32,000 bases of DNA from Nitrosopumilus maritimus SCM1 (GCF_000018465.1 NC_010085.1:750001-782000), one strand, 5' to 3'; counted from the first letter of the stretch, positions 1 to 7,514 are shown. The notes: generated by a model from the letters alone, not told the origin. Numbers and translations: made by a program.

Positions 1-108
1 TGATGAATTCATTGGGAGATCGTGTACCTAAACGCACAAGATTTACAAAATTATTACTTGCCTTAAACCTTCATCAATGTCTAAATATGTAATTGAGTAA
101 TTTTAGGC

Positions 109-231
109 ATGGAAAGCTCTGGTTTTGCCTGCGATGAATGTGATGGCGAAATTGTAGAATATTATCATGAAGGGTATAAGGGGAAAAGAGGGAAATGTTC
201 CCAATGTGGACAGGAATTTCCTTTAGAATAG
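109..231 (+). CDS. small zinc-ribbon protein (40 aa), absent from the ORF track
   Basis: ATG at 109, TAG at 229-231. Translates to MESSGFACDECDGEIVEYYHEGYKGKRGKCSQCGQEFPLE, with two CxxC pairs (CDEC, CSQC) 18 residues apart. AGGAG at 230-234 precedes the next ATG at 240. Confidence 0.4.
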   Translation: MESSGFACDECDGEIVEYYHEGYKGKRGKCSQCGQEFPLE

Positions 232-239
232 GAGAAAAA

Positions 240-1031
240 ATGGCTGAAAACAGTGTAGAAAAAGAATCAGATTCCAAGCAAGACAAAGTAGTAGACATGT
301 TACTCAGTTCTGCATCAGAGAAGACATTAGATTCTGAATCAATGATTTTAGAAACTCAAAAAAGAGTATGGGGAGCATTAAAGAAAGGATATCAGTATTC
401 AGGAGTAGCTGATGAATCTGACATATTCCTGAGAAAAAATGTATTTTCAAAATTAGATTTGGTTGTACTTTATGTTGATTTGGTTGGTTCAACCACAATG
501 ACATTGGAAATGCCTGAAGAAAAGATTGCAATCATTATCAGTTCTTTTGCACAAGAGATGGCTGCAGTAATTAGACAGTATGAAGGCTATGTTCTCAAAT
601 TTGTAGGGGATGCTGTGATTGGATATTTTGATGCACAAAGTAATGGTTTACTTGCATCGGATAACGCTGTAAATTGTGCAAAATCTATGATTACTGTAAT
701 TCAAAAAGGAATCAATCCAATTTTGAATCAATATGATTATCCAGATTTGATGGTAAAGATTGGTGTAGATTTTGGTAAAAATATTGTTGTAAGATACGGT
801 GCCGATGAACAGCAATCCCATGTAGATGTAATGGGACCTGCAATGAATATTGCAGCTAAAATACAAAACATGGCAAAACCTAATCAAATTTTAATCGGAC
901 AAGATGTCTATCAGAGATTACATCCAAATTTCCAAAGAGATTTTGTTGAAGTAATATGGAAACAAGATGAATGGAAATATCGCTCCAGAGTCACTGGAGA
1001 AATTTACAAGGTTTACGAGTTTAAAGGATAA
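240..1031 (+). CDS. class III adenylate/guanylate cyclase domain protein
   Basis: Metal-binding Asp motifs YVDLVGST and KFVGDAV, and a transition-state motif GPAMNIAAK (Asn present, usual Arg replaced by Lys). The track ORF opens at 195. I prefer the in-frame ATG at 240 (MAENS...) because 195-231 overlaps the zinc-ribbon ORF and 240 has an SD-like AGGAG 5 nt upstream. Confidence 0.8.
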   Translation: MAENSVEKESDSKQDKVVDMLLSSASEKTLDSESMILETQKRVWGALKKGYQYSGVADESDIFLRKNVFSKLDLVVLYVDLVGSTTMTLEMPEEKIAIIISSFAQEMAAVIRQYEGYVLKFVGDAVIGYFDAQSNGLLASDNAVNCAKSMITVIQKGINPILNQYDYPDLMVKIGVDFGKNIVVRYGADEQQSHVDVMGPAMNIAAKIQNMAKPNQILIGQDVYQRLHPNFQRDFVEVIWKQDEWKYRSRVTGEIYKVYEFKG

Positions 1032-1044
1032 ATCCGATTTTTTA

Positions 1045-1191
1045 TTATACGGTGAATTTGTCAGGACATTCTACATGTTCGTAATGATGTTCTGTGAATT
1101 TTTCTTGAACAACATAGATTACAATCTTGTGTAGATCCTTTTCGTCAATGTCTTTTTTGCATCTGAGACACGTCTTTTTCATTTCGGCCAT
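1045..1191 (-). CDS. small Cys/His protein (48 aa), absent from the ORF track
   Basis: My own translation: MAEMKKTCLRCKKDIDEKDLHKIVIYVVQEKFTEHHYEHVECPDKFTV, with CxxC ... HxxC. An in-frame TGA lies 14 codons upstream, so the ATG at 1191 is the first start. It conflicts with the less protein-like + ORF 1127..1324. Confidence 0.3.
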   Translation of the reverse strand: MAEMKKTCLRCKKDIDEKDLHKIVIYVVQEKFTEHHYEHVECPDKFTV

Positions 1192-1328
1192 GCGTACCAG
1201 CGATCTAAACTGCGAATCTATAAGGATCTGCGATCAGCTCAAATTGAGCAAAAATGACTCTGATTTCACTAAACTGTATATCAAATGCCCAAAGCAAGGC
1301 AGAAATATAGCAAAATCAGACTAATTTC

Positions 1329-1700
1329 GTGGAAAACACCGTCAATAAACACCTACAAGACCTCTATGGATTGAATCCAGACATCCCTCATATGGCACTA
1401 CAATTTCCTAGATTGCCCCCAGGACTAACACATCCTATGTTTAACATTCACAAAAATCCTGTAAAAGAACAATTTTCACGAGATGCAGAAACAATCAATC
1501 AAAAACTTCAAGGATTCCAACACATGTATCAACAATATGCAGCAGGACTGTTGACTGGAAACCAAGTAATTCCTCCAGGACACCCATTATACACTAAACA
1601 AAATTCTGTACAAGCACTTCAAGCTGAAAATGATAAACTGCTAAAAGAAAATACAGAATTAAAGAAAAAATTAGAAAAAGAATCCAAAAAACAAGATTAA
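1329..1700 (+). CDS. hypothetical protein, Pro/Gln-rich N-terminus with a charged coiled-coil tail
   Basis: 123-aa ORF with a GTG start. C-terminus is ALQAENDKLLKENTELKKKLEKESKKQD. No motif recognised. Confidence 0.5.
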   Translation: MENTVNKHLQDLYGLNPDIPHMALQFPRLPPGLTHPMFNIHKNPVKEQFSRDAETINQKLQGFQHMYQQYAAGLLTGNQVIPPGHPLYTKQNSVQALQAENDKLLKENTELKKKLEKESKKQD

Positions 1701-1757
1701 AAATTATTCAAACTTTTTAGAATAAGCCTTATTAGTTGCAAATCCAATTTTTAGTAT

Positions 1758-2144
1758 ATGGCTAAAACTCCTGCAGACAAATGGAAAGATACTGTTGTAA
1801 AATATAGAAAACAATGTCAAAAAATTTTGGACGTATCAAAGAATGTAAGATATGCGGGAGTGATTAATGTTTATGGAAGAACTTTGGCAGGAATTGTTCA
1901 ACCAAATCTTAAACCATTGTTAAAATCTGAACAGGTAAAAAATGAATTTTTCATAATTTCAACATTGATATCTTTGAGAAAAAATACTGCAAGTACTGTT
2001 GGAAAATTAGAACATGTAATTCTACAACATCAAAAAGTAACAATTGTTCTTGTACAAAAAAATGAAATTACCTACTATGTTTCCATTAATAGAAAAGAAA
2101 AAGGCTTAGAGAAAATTATTTCTTCAATAAAGAAGATTGTCTAA
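1758..2144 (+). CDS. hypothetical protein (possibly a Roadblock/LC7-like fold; unverified)
   Basis: 128-aa ORF with an ATG start and plausible composition. The alternating beta/alpha pattern (VINVYGRTLAG ... VTIVLVQKNEITYYVSI) only weakly suggests Roadblock. Confidence 0.5.
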   Translation: MAKTPADKWKDTVVKYRKQCQKILDVSKNVRYAGVINVYGRTLAGIVQPNLKPLLKSEQVKNEFFIISTLISLRKNTASTVGKLEHVILQHQKVTIVLVQKNEITYYVSINRKEKGLEKIISSIKKIV

Positions 2145-2551
2145 GCAGGTGTAAATCCGTGGTATCCACCAGTTTGTTCAGCTTTGTCTGAGAAACTTGG
2201 TTCAAACAAAGAAATCAAATAACCATCAGGATCTGAAATTACAGCATTTTTTCCTGCATCTTTCTCAACAATGTCTCGATGAATATTGACTCCTTTTTCT
2301 TTCAATTCGTCTACTGCAGATTTTACATCTCCGACTAGAAAACCGACTGTGATTCCACTCTCAAGAGCATTTCCCTGTTGTTCTGTTAGTGAAGCTGGAT
2401 GTAGACTCAATAAAGCTCCAGATGTGCCCAAATCAACCCATGTTCTTCTCTGATTTTTTATTGGTAATCCAATAATTTCGTTGTAGAACTGTATTGATTT
2501 GTCTAGGTCTTTTACGGCCAAAATCACATTTCCGACTTTTTTGATATTCAC
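2141..2551 (-). CDS. VOC (glyoxalase/bleomycin-resistance/dioxygenase) family protein
   Basis: N-terminus VGNVILAVKDLDKSIQFYNEIIGL and C-terminus ISDPDGYLISLFEP are typical VOC beta-alpha-beta-beta-beta signatures. Confidence 0.85.
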   Translation of the reverse strand: MNIKKVGNVILAVKDLDKSIQFYNEIIGLPIKNQRRTWVDLGTSGALLSLHPASLTEQQGNALESGITVGFLVGDVKSAVDELKEKGVNIHRDIVEKDAGKNAVISDPDGYLISLFEPSFSDKAEQTGGYHGFTPA

Positions 2552-2585
2552 AGGAGTTCTACCTCGAAGTTCTTTAAATTAATTG

Positions 2586-2804
2586 TCATTGAACTTCAAC
2601 CATGGTTTCAGTTCGTTCAACACCGTTGATTTTTTGAATTTGGTTGGCAACATCTTTGATTTGAGCAAGTTCTTCAACATCAATAATGGCTACTGCATCA
2701 AATTGACCACTAGTAGGAAAAGAGTCAGATACGGAATCAACCTTTCTCAATCTTGCCGCAATCAGTTTTTTTGGAGATTTTACTAAAATGATGGCCCTTA
2801 CCAA
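2586..2804 (-). CDS. stand-alone Lrp/AsnC ligand-binding (RAM) domain protein
   Basis: 72 aa with RAM-like topology (AIILVK...V.SV.SDSFPTSGQFDAVAIIDVEELAQI...I.KINGVERTETMV). No HTH region. Confidence 0.7.
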   Translation of the reverse strand: MVRAIILVKSPKKLIAARLRKVDSVSDSFPTSGQFDAVAIIDVEELAQIKDVANQIQKINGVERTETMVEVQ

Positions 2805-3037
2805 CCTAGATTTACCTCCACTTCAATCAAAGTTTCTGTAGTTACAATATCTTTAATTTTCTTAAAATCAATTACCATGTTATTGATATCATCAATTCCG
2901 CCTTGCAAAAGAACACTAATGTCTGCTCTACCAGTAACCACCATTACCTGTTTTACAATCTTACGTTTTTTCTTTAAAATTTGAACTACAGTATCCACTT
3001 TACCAGGTTTTACGGTAATTAGACATAATGCGCGCAT
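2798..3037 (-). CDS. stand-alone Lrp/AsnC ligand-binding (RAM) domain protein (paralog of the neighbour)
   Basis: 79 aa, ALCLITVKPGKVDTVVQILKK...VVTGRADISVLLQGG..DINNMV.DFKKIKDIVTTETLIEV. Overlaps the downstream paralog by 7 nt. Confidence 0.7.
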   Translation of the reverse strand: MRALCLITVKPGKVDTVVQILKKKRKIVKQVMVVTGRADISVLLQGGIDDINNMVIDFKKIKDIVTTETLIEVEVNLGW

Positions 3038-3071
3038 ACAAGTACTACGTTATTGAATCGGATAAAGATTC

Positions 3072-3386
3072 CTAGTCAAATGCTTCTTGAGACCTTGCTT
3101 CTTCAAGATAAGCGCGTCTCTCTTCGTTGACTTTTTCTTGATCAATCTCAATATCATCATCTACTATGACTATTCCCATATCTCCGACAGGTTCTTCTTT
3201 CTTCTTTGATTTGCTGGTTTTTGCCTTTGATTTGGTTGTTTTTGCCTTTGAGGTTGTCTTTGATTTTGTGGTTTTTGCCTTTGATTTTGTGACTTTGGCC
3301 TTTGTTTCCTTAGCCTTTGATTTGGTTGTTTTAGCCTTAGTATCTTTTGATTTGGTTGCTTTCTTTGTAGATTTTTTTTCAGCCAT
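3072..3386 (-). CDS. Lys/Thr/Ser-rich repeat protein with an acidic C-terminal domain (possible nucleic-acid-binding protein)
   Basis: 104 aa. Residues about 5-63 are degenerate KAKTTKS heptads; the C-terminal 40 aa are acidic (EEPVGDMGIVIVDDDIEIDQEKVNEERRAYLEEARSQEAFD). The two other frames over the same repeat (3166..3432 +, 3170..3448 -) are low-complexity artefacts. Confidence 0.65.
   Translation of the reverse strand: MAEKKSTKKATKSKDTKAKTTKSKAKETKAKVTKSKAKTTKSKTTSKAKTTKSKAKTSKSKKKEEPVGDMGIVIVDDDIEIDQEKVNEERRAYLEEARSQEAFD
3198..3374. repeat. degenerate 21-nt tandem repeat inside a CDS
   Basis: Plus-strand units such as gcctttgatttggttgttttt recur about 8 times and encode the KAKTTKS heptads of 3072..3386. 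Confidence 0.8.
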
Positions 3387-3627
3387 GAATGTCGAAAATC
3401 AAGAGTTTGCGTTATTTTTAAAGATTTTGTAGAATTGGTTTTTCGCAAATTTATTCAGATTATCCGATCAAACAATTCTTTTTTTGATAATAGATCAAAG
3501 TAGCCATCTGGGTCAAGAATTTACTCAAAGTTGAATTTATCAAAAAACAAGTTTTTGGTATTTTGTTGGGAGGTGAAAGAAGATAGCAACATTAGCAGAT
3601 TATGCAACTGTAGGCGATTCAGTCAGC

Positions 3628-3915
3628 TTGGCAAAAATTGGCGATAAGGCATTTACAATTACATTCATTGAAGATTCTGATTATACTCAGGGAGATCAAA
3701 TCACAAAAGGAGTAAAGATCACAACTAAAGAAACTTTTGAGATTGAAGGCAATTTTGTAAATAAATTCCATACAACAAGAGTGGCAATTGTAAAGAAATT
3801 CAGTAATGAAAAATTACGTTCAGATGTCAATAATGGTAATTCATTAGGACCAGTAAAATGCGTCTCTGAAAAATCAGCCTCTGGAAAAAATTTCTATAAT
3901 TTAGTAGATGCATGA
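3628..3915 (+). CDS. hypothetical protein (5' end uncertain; may begin at ATA 3583)
   Basis: The frame is open from 3577, and the first canonical start is TTG at 3628. GGAGGTGA at 3569-3576 lies 6 nt before the in-frame ATA at 3583. No motif recognised. Confidence 0.55.
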   Translation: MAKIGDKAFTITFIEDSDYTQGDQITKGVKITTKETFEIEGNFVNKFHTTRVAIVKKFSNEKLRSDVNNGNSLGPVKCVSEKSASGKNFYNLVDA

Positions 3916-3963
3916 TGAGTTAGATTAACTCAAAACCATCATTATTTTTTTAAAATAATAAAG

Positions 3964-4037
3964 TGCCGCGGGCGGGATTTGAACGCGCGACAGCCCGGTC
4001 TTCAGCCGAGTGCTCTCCCAGGCTGAGCTACCACGGC
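3964..4037 (-). tRNA. tRNA-Phe (anticodon GAA)
   Basis: Cloverleaf folded by hand: acceptor GCCGTGG/CCGCGGC, D arm GCTC-AGCCTGGGA-GAGC, anticodon arm CTCGG-CTGAAGA-CCGGG, variable CTGTC, T arm GCGCG-TTCAAAT-CCCGC (one C:C mismatch), discriminator A. No encoded CCA. 74 nt. Confidence 0.9.
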
Positions 4038-4080
4038 ACTTGAAAAAAATAATTTTGTCGAGGAATTAAAGTGTGTCTTT

Positions 4081-4617
4081 TTAGATCTTCCAAATAATGT
4101 CTTCCGTACCATTTCTTTTGTTGATCAATCTGCCCATAACAAAAAATAGATCAGATAATCGATTTAGGTAAATTATACAGTTTGAATTAATTTCATCTTT
4201 TTCTGCAAGTTGGACAGTTAGGGTTTCAGCTCTACGTACTACAGTTCTGGCATAATGTAATTTAGATGTAGGAGTAGAGCCTCCTGGAAGTATAAAATTA
4301 GTTAGTGGTGGGAGTTCTGATTCAAATTTATCTATATTTTGCTCCAACTCTTGTATCATCTCTAAGGAAACTCTGTTTTTTACATCATTTAGATTAGGAT
4401 TAGATAAATCAGAACCTACAACAAACAAATCATTTTGAATTTTTCTAAGTACATCAAAGATATCTTCATCTAAAGAATTTGTTAACACAATACCCAAAGC
4501 AGCATTTGCTTCATCTACAGCACCATATGCAAATATTCTCGGATGAGATTTTGAGATACGTAAATTTCCTTGTAGTCCAGTATTTCCATCATCTCCTGTT
4601 TTAGTGTAAATTTTCAT
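4081..4617 (-). CDS. PduO-type ATP:cob(I)alamin adenosyltransferase
   Basis: N-terminus MKIYTKTGDDGNTGL, then RI.AYGAVDEANAALG and a C-terminal LNRLSDLFFV helix. This is the characteristic PduO/MMAB family signature. Confidence 0.9.
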   Translation of the reverse strand: MKIYTKTGDDGNTGLQGNLRISKSHPRIFAYGAVDEANAALGIVLTNSLDEDIFDVLRKIQNDLFVVGSDLSNPNLNDVKNRVSLEMIQELEQNIDKFESELPPLTNFILPGGSTPTSKLHYARTVVRRAETLTVQLAEKDEINSNCIIYLNRLSDLFFVMGRLINKRNGTEDIIWKI

Positions 4618-4697
4618 AAAAATACATGACTTGTTTCAACTATTATGTGATTCTAAAATCTCAAAACTCTTTAGGAGACTAGTTGTTCTATTTTATA

Positions 4698-5231
4698 ATG
4701 ATTGAAGATTTTTTTCATAATGTAGCAAATCTAAAAAATATTTCACGTCAAGGGTGGATTGACAAACTTTCTATAGATAATCCAGAATCTGTTGCAGACC
4801 ATACATTTTCTATGGCAATTATGGGAATGATAATTGCAGATTTGGAGAATTTGAATTCAGAAAAAATTCTCAAAATGATTCTATTGCATGATCTTGCTGA
4901 ATCAAAAATAGGAGACATTGTTCCAGACAAGATGTCATTAGAAGAAAAACAAAAATTAGAAAATTCTGCATTTGATGAAATTATCAAAACATTGCCTGAA
5001 TCTTTGACGCATAACTATGTGGAAATTTGGAATGAATATCAGAAAAACAATACTGATGAAAGCAGCATTGTTCATCAGGTTGACAAATTAGAGATGGCAC
5101 TTCAAGCAAAAATTTACCAATCTCAAGGATATTCTAAAGACAAATTAGAAACTTTTTTTGAATCTGCAAAATCAAGTATAACTCATCCAAAATTAAAAGA
5201 ATTATTTACAAAGATAATTGATGAAGAATAA
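4698..5231 (+). CDS. HD-domain metal-dependent phosphohydrolase (YfbR-like 5'-nucleotidase family)
   Basis: ESVADHTF (His) ... LLHDLAESKIGDI (HD) ... HQVDKLEMALQA. The track ORF starts at TTG 4683; the ATG at 4698 is preferred. Confidence 0.85.
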   Translation: MIEDFFHNVANLKNISRQGWIDKLSIDNPESVADHTFSMAIMGMIIADLENLNSEKILKMILLHDLAESKIGDIVPDKMSLEEKQKLENSAFDEIIKTLPESLTHNYVEIWNEYQKNNTDESSIVHQVDKLEMALQAKIYQSQGYSKDKLETFFESAKSSITHPKLKELFTKIIDEE

Positions 5232-5455
5232 TGTCTGAAACAGAAAAAGATGAATTAATTGATGCGCAAAAACAAGTTATTGGAATACTTTTTGAAGTCA
5301 TTAAAAGACTACAAGCCAATAGTGATTTAGATGAAGAATATTTTGAAATCGTCACAAATAAAGAAAATAATGAGACTCGGTTAAATGAAATTCTTAACGA
5401 AAGAAAGGAAAATGCAAAAATCGTAGGTAGACTATTAGAACAATTAGAGGTTTAG
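5231..5455 (+). CDS. hypothetical small helical protein
   Basis: 74 aa. Its start overlaps the HD gene stop (TAATG). Charged helical composition, no motif recognised. Confidence 0.5.
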   Translation: MSETEKDELIDAQKQVIGILFEVIKRLQANSDLDEEYFEIVTNKENNETRLNEILNERKENAKIVGRLLEQLEV

Positions 5456-5751
5456 TGTCCACAACTACAATCATCATCAGACATTATACGTAGATGGGCA
5501 GTTTGTTGATGTTTGTCCTGAATATAGTTTGAAAGATTTGCAATTCTTATTCTAGGTTCTCTTGTTTTCCAACTACCTTCATTTTCAAACCAAAATTCAA
5601 TTTCATCAACATCATATCTCTCTCCATTTTTTACTAATTCTTTGAATATTGATTTTATTTCTTCTACTTCTGATTCAGACAATTTTGATTTGTCTTCCAC
5701 CAGGGTAGTAATCTCATTTAATTTGATAATCACATTGTTTGTAAGAGGCAT
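5452..5751 (-). CDS. hypothetical protein with C-terminal DDDCSCGH
   Basis: The ORF is open to TTG 5826. The ATG at 5751 (MPLTNN...) is preferred because it leaves a 77-bp divergent intergenic region. Acidic protein, no motif recognised. Confidence 0.5.
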   Translation of the reverse strand: MPLTNNVIIKLNEITTLVEDKSKLSESEVEEIKSIFKELVKNGERYDVDEIEFWFENEGSWKTREPRIRIANLSNYIQDKHQQTAHLRIMSDDDCSCGH

Positions 5752-5828
5752 GGATTTTTTTGCCCAACATTCTATAACTATCTTTTGAGGCAATATTGTT
5801 TTTATAACAATCAGATATTTTGACAATT

Positions 5829-6176
5829 ATGCAATATTTTCAAGCATTAAAACTAGGCCAAAAAAGAGTAGCAGATGCAAGAGAATATCTCAATAAATTA
5901 ACAGATGGAAAAGCAATGCCTGCATTAGCATTGACAGATACAAAATCAAACGTATGGAAACCAGTGGGAGAAGAGAATCTTTATGCATTCGTTGACGAAT
6001 CTGCAGGTTTTGTATTGACAGATAATAGTGGATACATTCTAGCTTTAGTAGACAATAGTGGTGCATCTAAAACAATTGTTCAAGGTGTAACCCAAGAACA
6101 AAAAGAAAAATTAGAAAAAGCATTTGAATCAGACAATATCCCAAAATTTGAAGGCAAAGTAATCCTTCCAGTATAA
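5829..6176 (+). CDS. hypothetical protein
   Basis: 115 aa from the ATG (the track ORF starts at TTG 5820). Contains an internal near-repeat, FVLTDNSGYILALVDNSGA. No motif recognised. Confidence 0.55.
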   Translation: MQYFQALKLGQKRVADAREYLNKLTDGKAMPALALTDTKSNVWKPVGEENLYAFVDESAGFVLTDNSGYILALVDNSGASKTIVQGVTQEQKEKLEKAFESDNIPKFEGKVILPV

Positions 6177-6216
6177 TTTAGCCTCAAATAAAACGTAAAG
6201 CTTTAGTTATGATTGT

Positions 6217-7455
6217 ATGGAGTATAGTAAAATGAGCAAATTTTCTCAAGAGATCGAAGTTAGTGGACATTTAATCGATTCATTGATCCTAACCAAAATC
6301 TTTGATAAAATAATGGATTTGCAAGGTGAGTTTCAAGTACAAGAAATCAACATAGGTAAAAGAAAAAAAGATCAATCTTATGCTCGATTATTAGTCAAAG
6401 GAAAAAATCAAAAACACCTTGATGAGATTTTACAAACAATTTACAGAGAAGGGGCAGTATCAAAAGTTCAAAAAGAGATTACTCTAAAAAAATCTCCAAA
6501 AAATTATGTAATGCCTGATAATTTTTACAGTACAACTAACAACCATACTCAAGTTTTTCATAAAGGGAAATGGATTCAAGTAGAAAACATGATGATGGAC
6601 AAATGCATTGTAGTAAAAGGAAACAGAGCATTTTGTGTTCCAGTCAGAGATGTCAAAAAAGGTGATCAGATTATTGTCGGGGAGGGAGGAGTCAAAATTA
6701 ATCCTCCTGAAAGACCAAGAGAAGGCTCCAACGTCTTTGAATTTATGGGGAGCTCAAGTTCTAGTGAAAGACCAACTCAACACATTGCAAAAAAAGTAGC
6801 TGATGATATTTACAATACAAAAAAGAAAGACGGAAAGATTGTCATTGTAGGTGGTCCTGCAATTGTGCATACTGGCGCATCAGATGCAGTATCAGAATTA
6901 ATCAGATCAGGATACATTGATGGGGTTTTGGCAGGAAATGCACTAGCAGTTCACGATATAGAATATGCAACTATAGGTACATCATTAGGAATGAATGTTC
7001 ATGATGCCACTTTGGCATATCATGGTCATAGAAATCACATGGATGCAATCAATTCTGTATTCAAAGCAGGATCTATTGCAAACATGGTAAAAACAAAGAA
7101 GCTTACTAAAGGAATCATGTATGAATGTGTAAAGAACAAGGTCCCATTTGTATTGGCAGGCTCTATCAGAGATGATGGTCCACTACCAGATGTAATTACT
7201 GATGTTGCACAAGCTCAAAGAGAATACAAAAAAGTTCTAAAAGATGCAAAAATGGTCATCATGATTTCAACCATGCTACACTCTATCGCAACAGGGAATA
7301 TGCTACCTGCAAATGTCAAAGTAATTGTTGTTGATATCAACCAACCAACAGTAACAAAACTGATGGATAGAGGAACCTGGCAAGCATTAGGAATTGTCTC
7401 TGATGTTGGGGCATTTTTGCCAATGGTTGCTCAACAAATTAGAAAAAAGAAATAA
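6217..7455 (+). CDS. LOR/SDH conserved-domain protein (archaeal TIGR00300-like family; function uncertain)
   Basis: The N-terminus SGHLIDSLILTKIFDKIMDLQGEF..QEINIGK matches my memory of the LOR/SDH N-terminal region. The C-terminal half has a Rossmann-like IVIVGGPAIVHTGA. Confidence 0.65.
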   Translation: MEYSKMSKFSQEIEVSGHLIDSLILTKIFDKIMDLQGEFQVQEINIGKRKKDQSYARLLVKGKNQKHLDEILQTIYREGAVSKVQKEITLKKSPKNYVMPDNFYSTTNNHTQVFHKGKWIQVENMMMDKCIVVKGNRAFCVPVRDVKKGDQIIVGEGGVKINPPERPREGSNVFEFMGSSSSSERPTQHIAKKVADDIYNTKKKDGKIVIVGGPAIVHTGASDAVSELIRSGYIDGVLAGNALAVHDIEYATIGTSLGMNVHDATLAYHGHRNHMDAINSVFKAGSIANMVKTKKLTKGIMYECVKNKVPFVLAGSIRDDGPLPDVITDVAQAQREYKKVLKDAKMVIMISTMLHSIATGNMLPANVKVIVVDINQPTVTKLMDRGTWQALGIVSDVGAFLPMVAQQIRKKK

Positions 7456-7490
7456 TCACACCACAAAATCTCTAATTCTAATAAAACTTG

Positions 7491-7514
7491 CTATTTTTTC
7501 ATATGAAAAAATAG
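7491..7514. other. perfect 24-nt palindrome (possible terminator hairpin or binding site)
   Basis: ctattttttcat|atgaaaaaatag is exactly self-complementary. It lies 36 nt after the stop at 7455 and 41 nt before the TTG at 7555. Confidence 0.7.

Noticed and set aside
3-92. 29-codon ATG ORF at the window edge
   Set aside because: It is short with no motif, and the left flank is truncated, so the context cannot be judged.
74-887. Minus-strand track ORFs 74..298, 304..531 and 648..887, antisense to the zinc-ribbon/cyclase region
   Set aside because: They are low-complexity, Leu/Ile/Phe/Ser-rich shadow frames opposite a well-supported cyclase CDS. AT-rich genomes generate such antisense ORFs by chance.
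1127-1324. Track ORF of 65 aa on the + strand
   Set aside because: Cys/Ser-rich composition that does not look protein-like. It overlaps the more plausible minus-strand CxxC ORF and the likely promoter region of 1329..1700.
195-2144. Reading the cyclase as a Pycsar/CBASS-like defence cyclase with a downstream effector
   Set aside because: No adjacent gene has TM, TIR, patatin, endonuclease or other effector features. The neighbours are small soluble hypotheticals and housekeeping-type genes. Nothing in the sequence supports it.
3166-3448. Track ORFs 3166..3432 (+) and 3170..3448 (-), and the possibility of a CRISPR-like array in the 21-nt repeat region
   Set aside because: The repeats are contiguous with no spacers and are degenerate, so this is not a CRISPR array. 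The Phe/Val-rich and Gln/Arg/Pro-rich translations are alternative-frame artefacts of the Lys-rich CDS 3072..3386.
3574-3648. 24-codon GTG ORF overlapping the SD and the start of 3628..3915
   Set aside because: Its GTG lies inside the SD sequence itself, so it has no upstream ribosome-binding site. The peptide (MKEDSNISRLCNCRRFSQLGKNWR) has no supporting features. It is kept only as an alternative in the finding.
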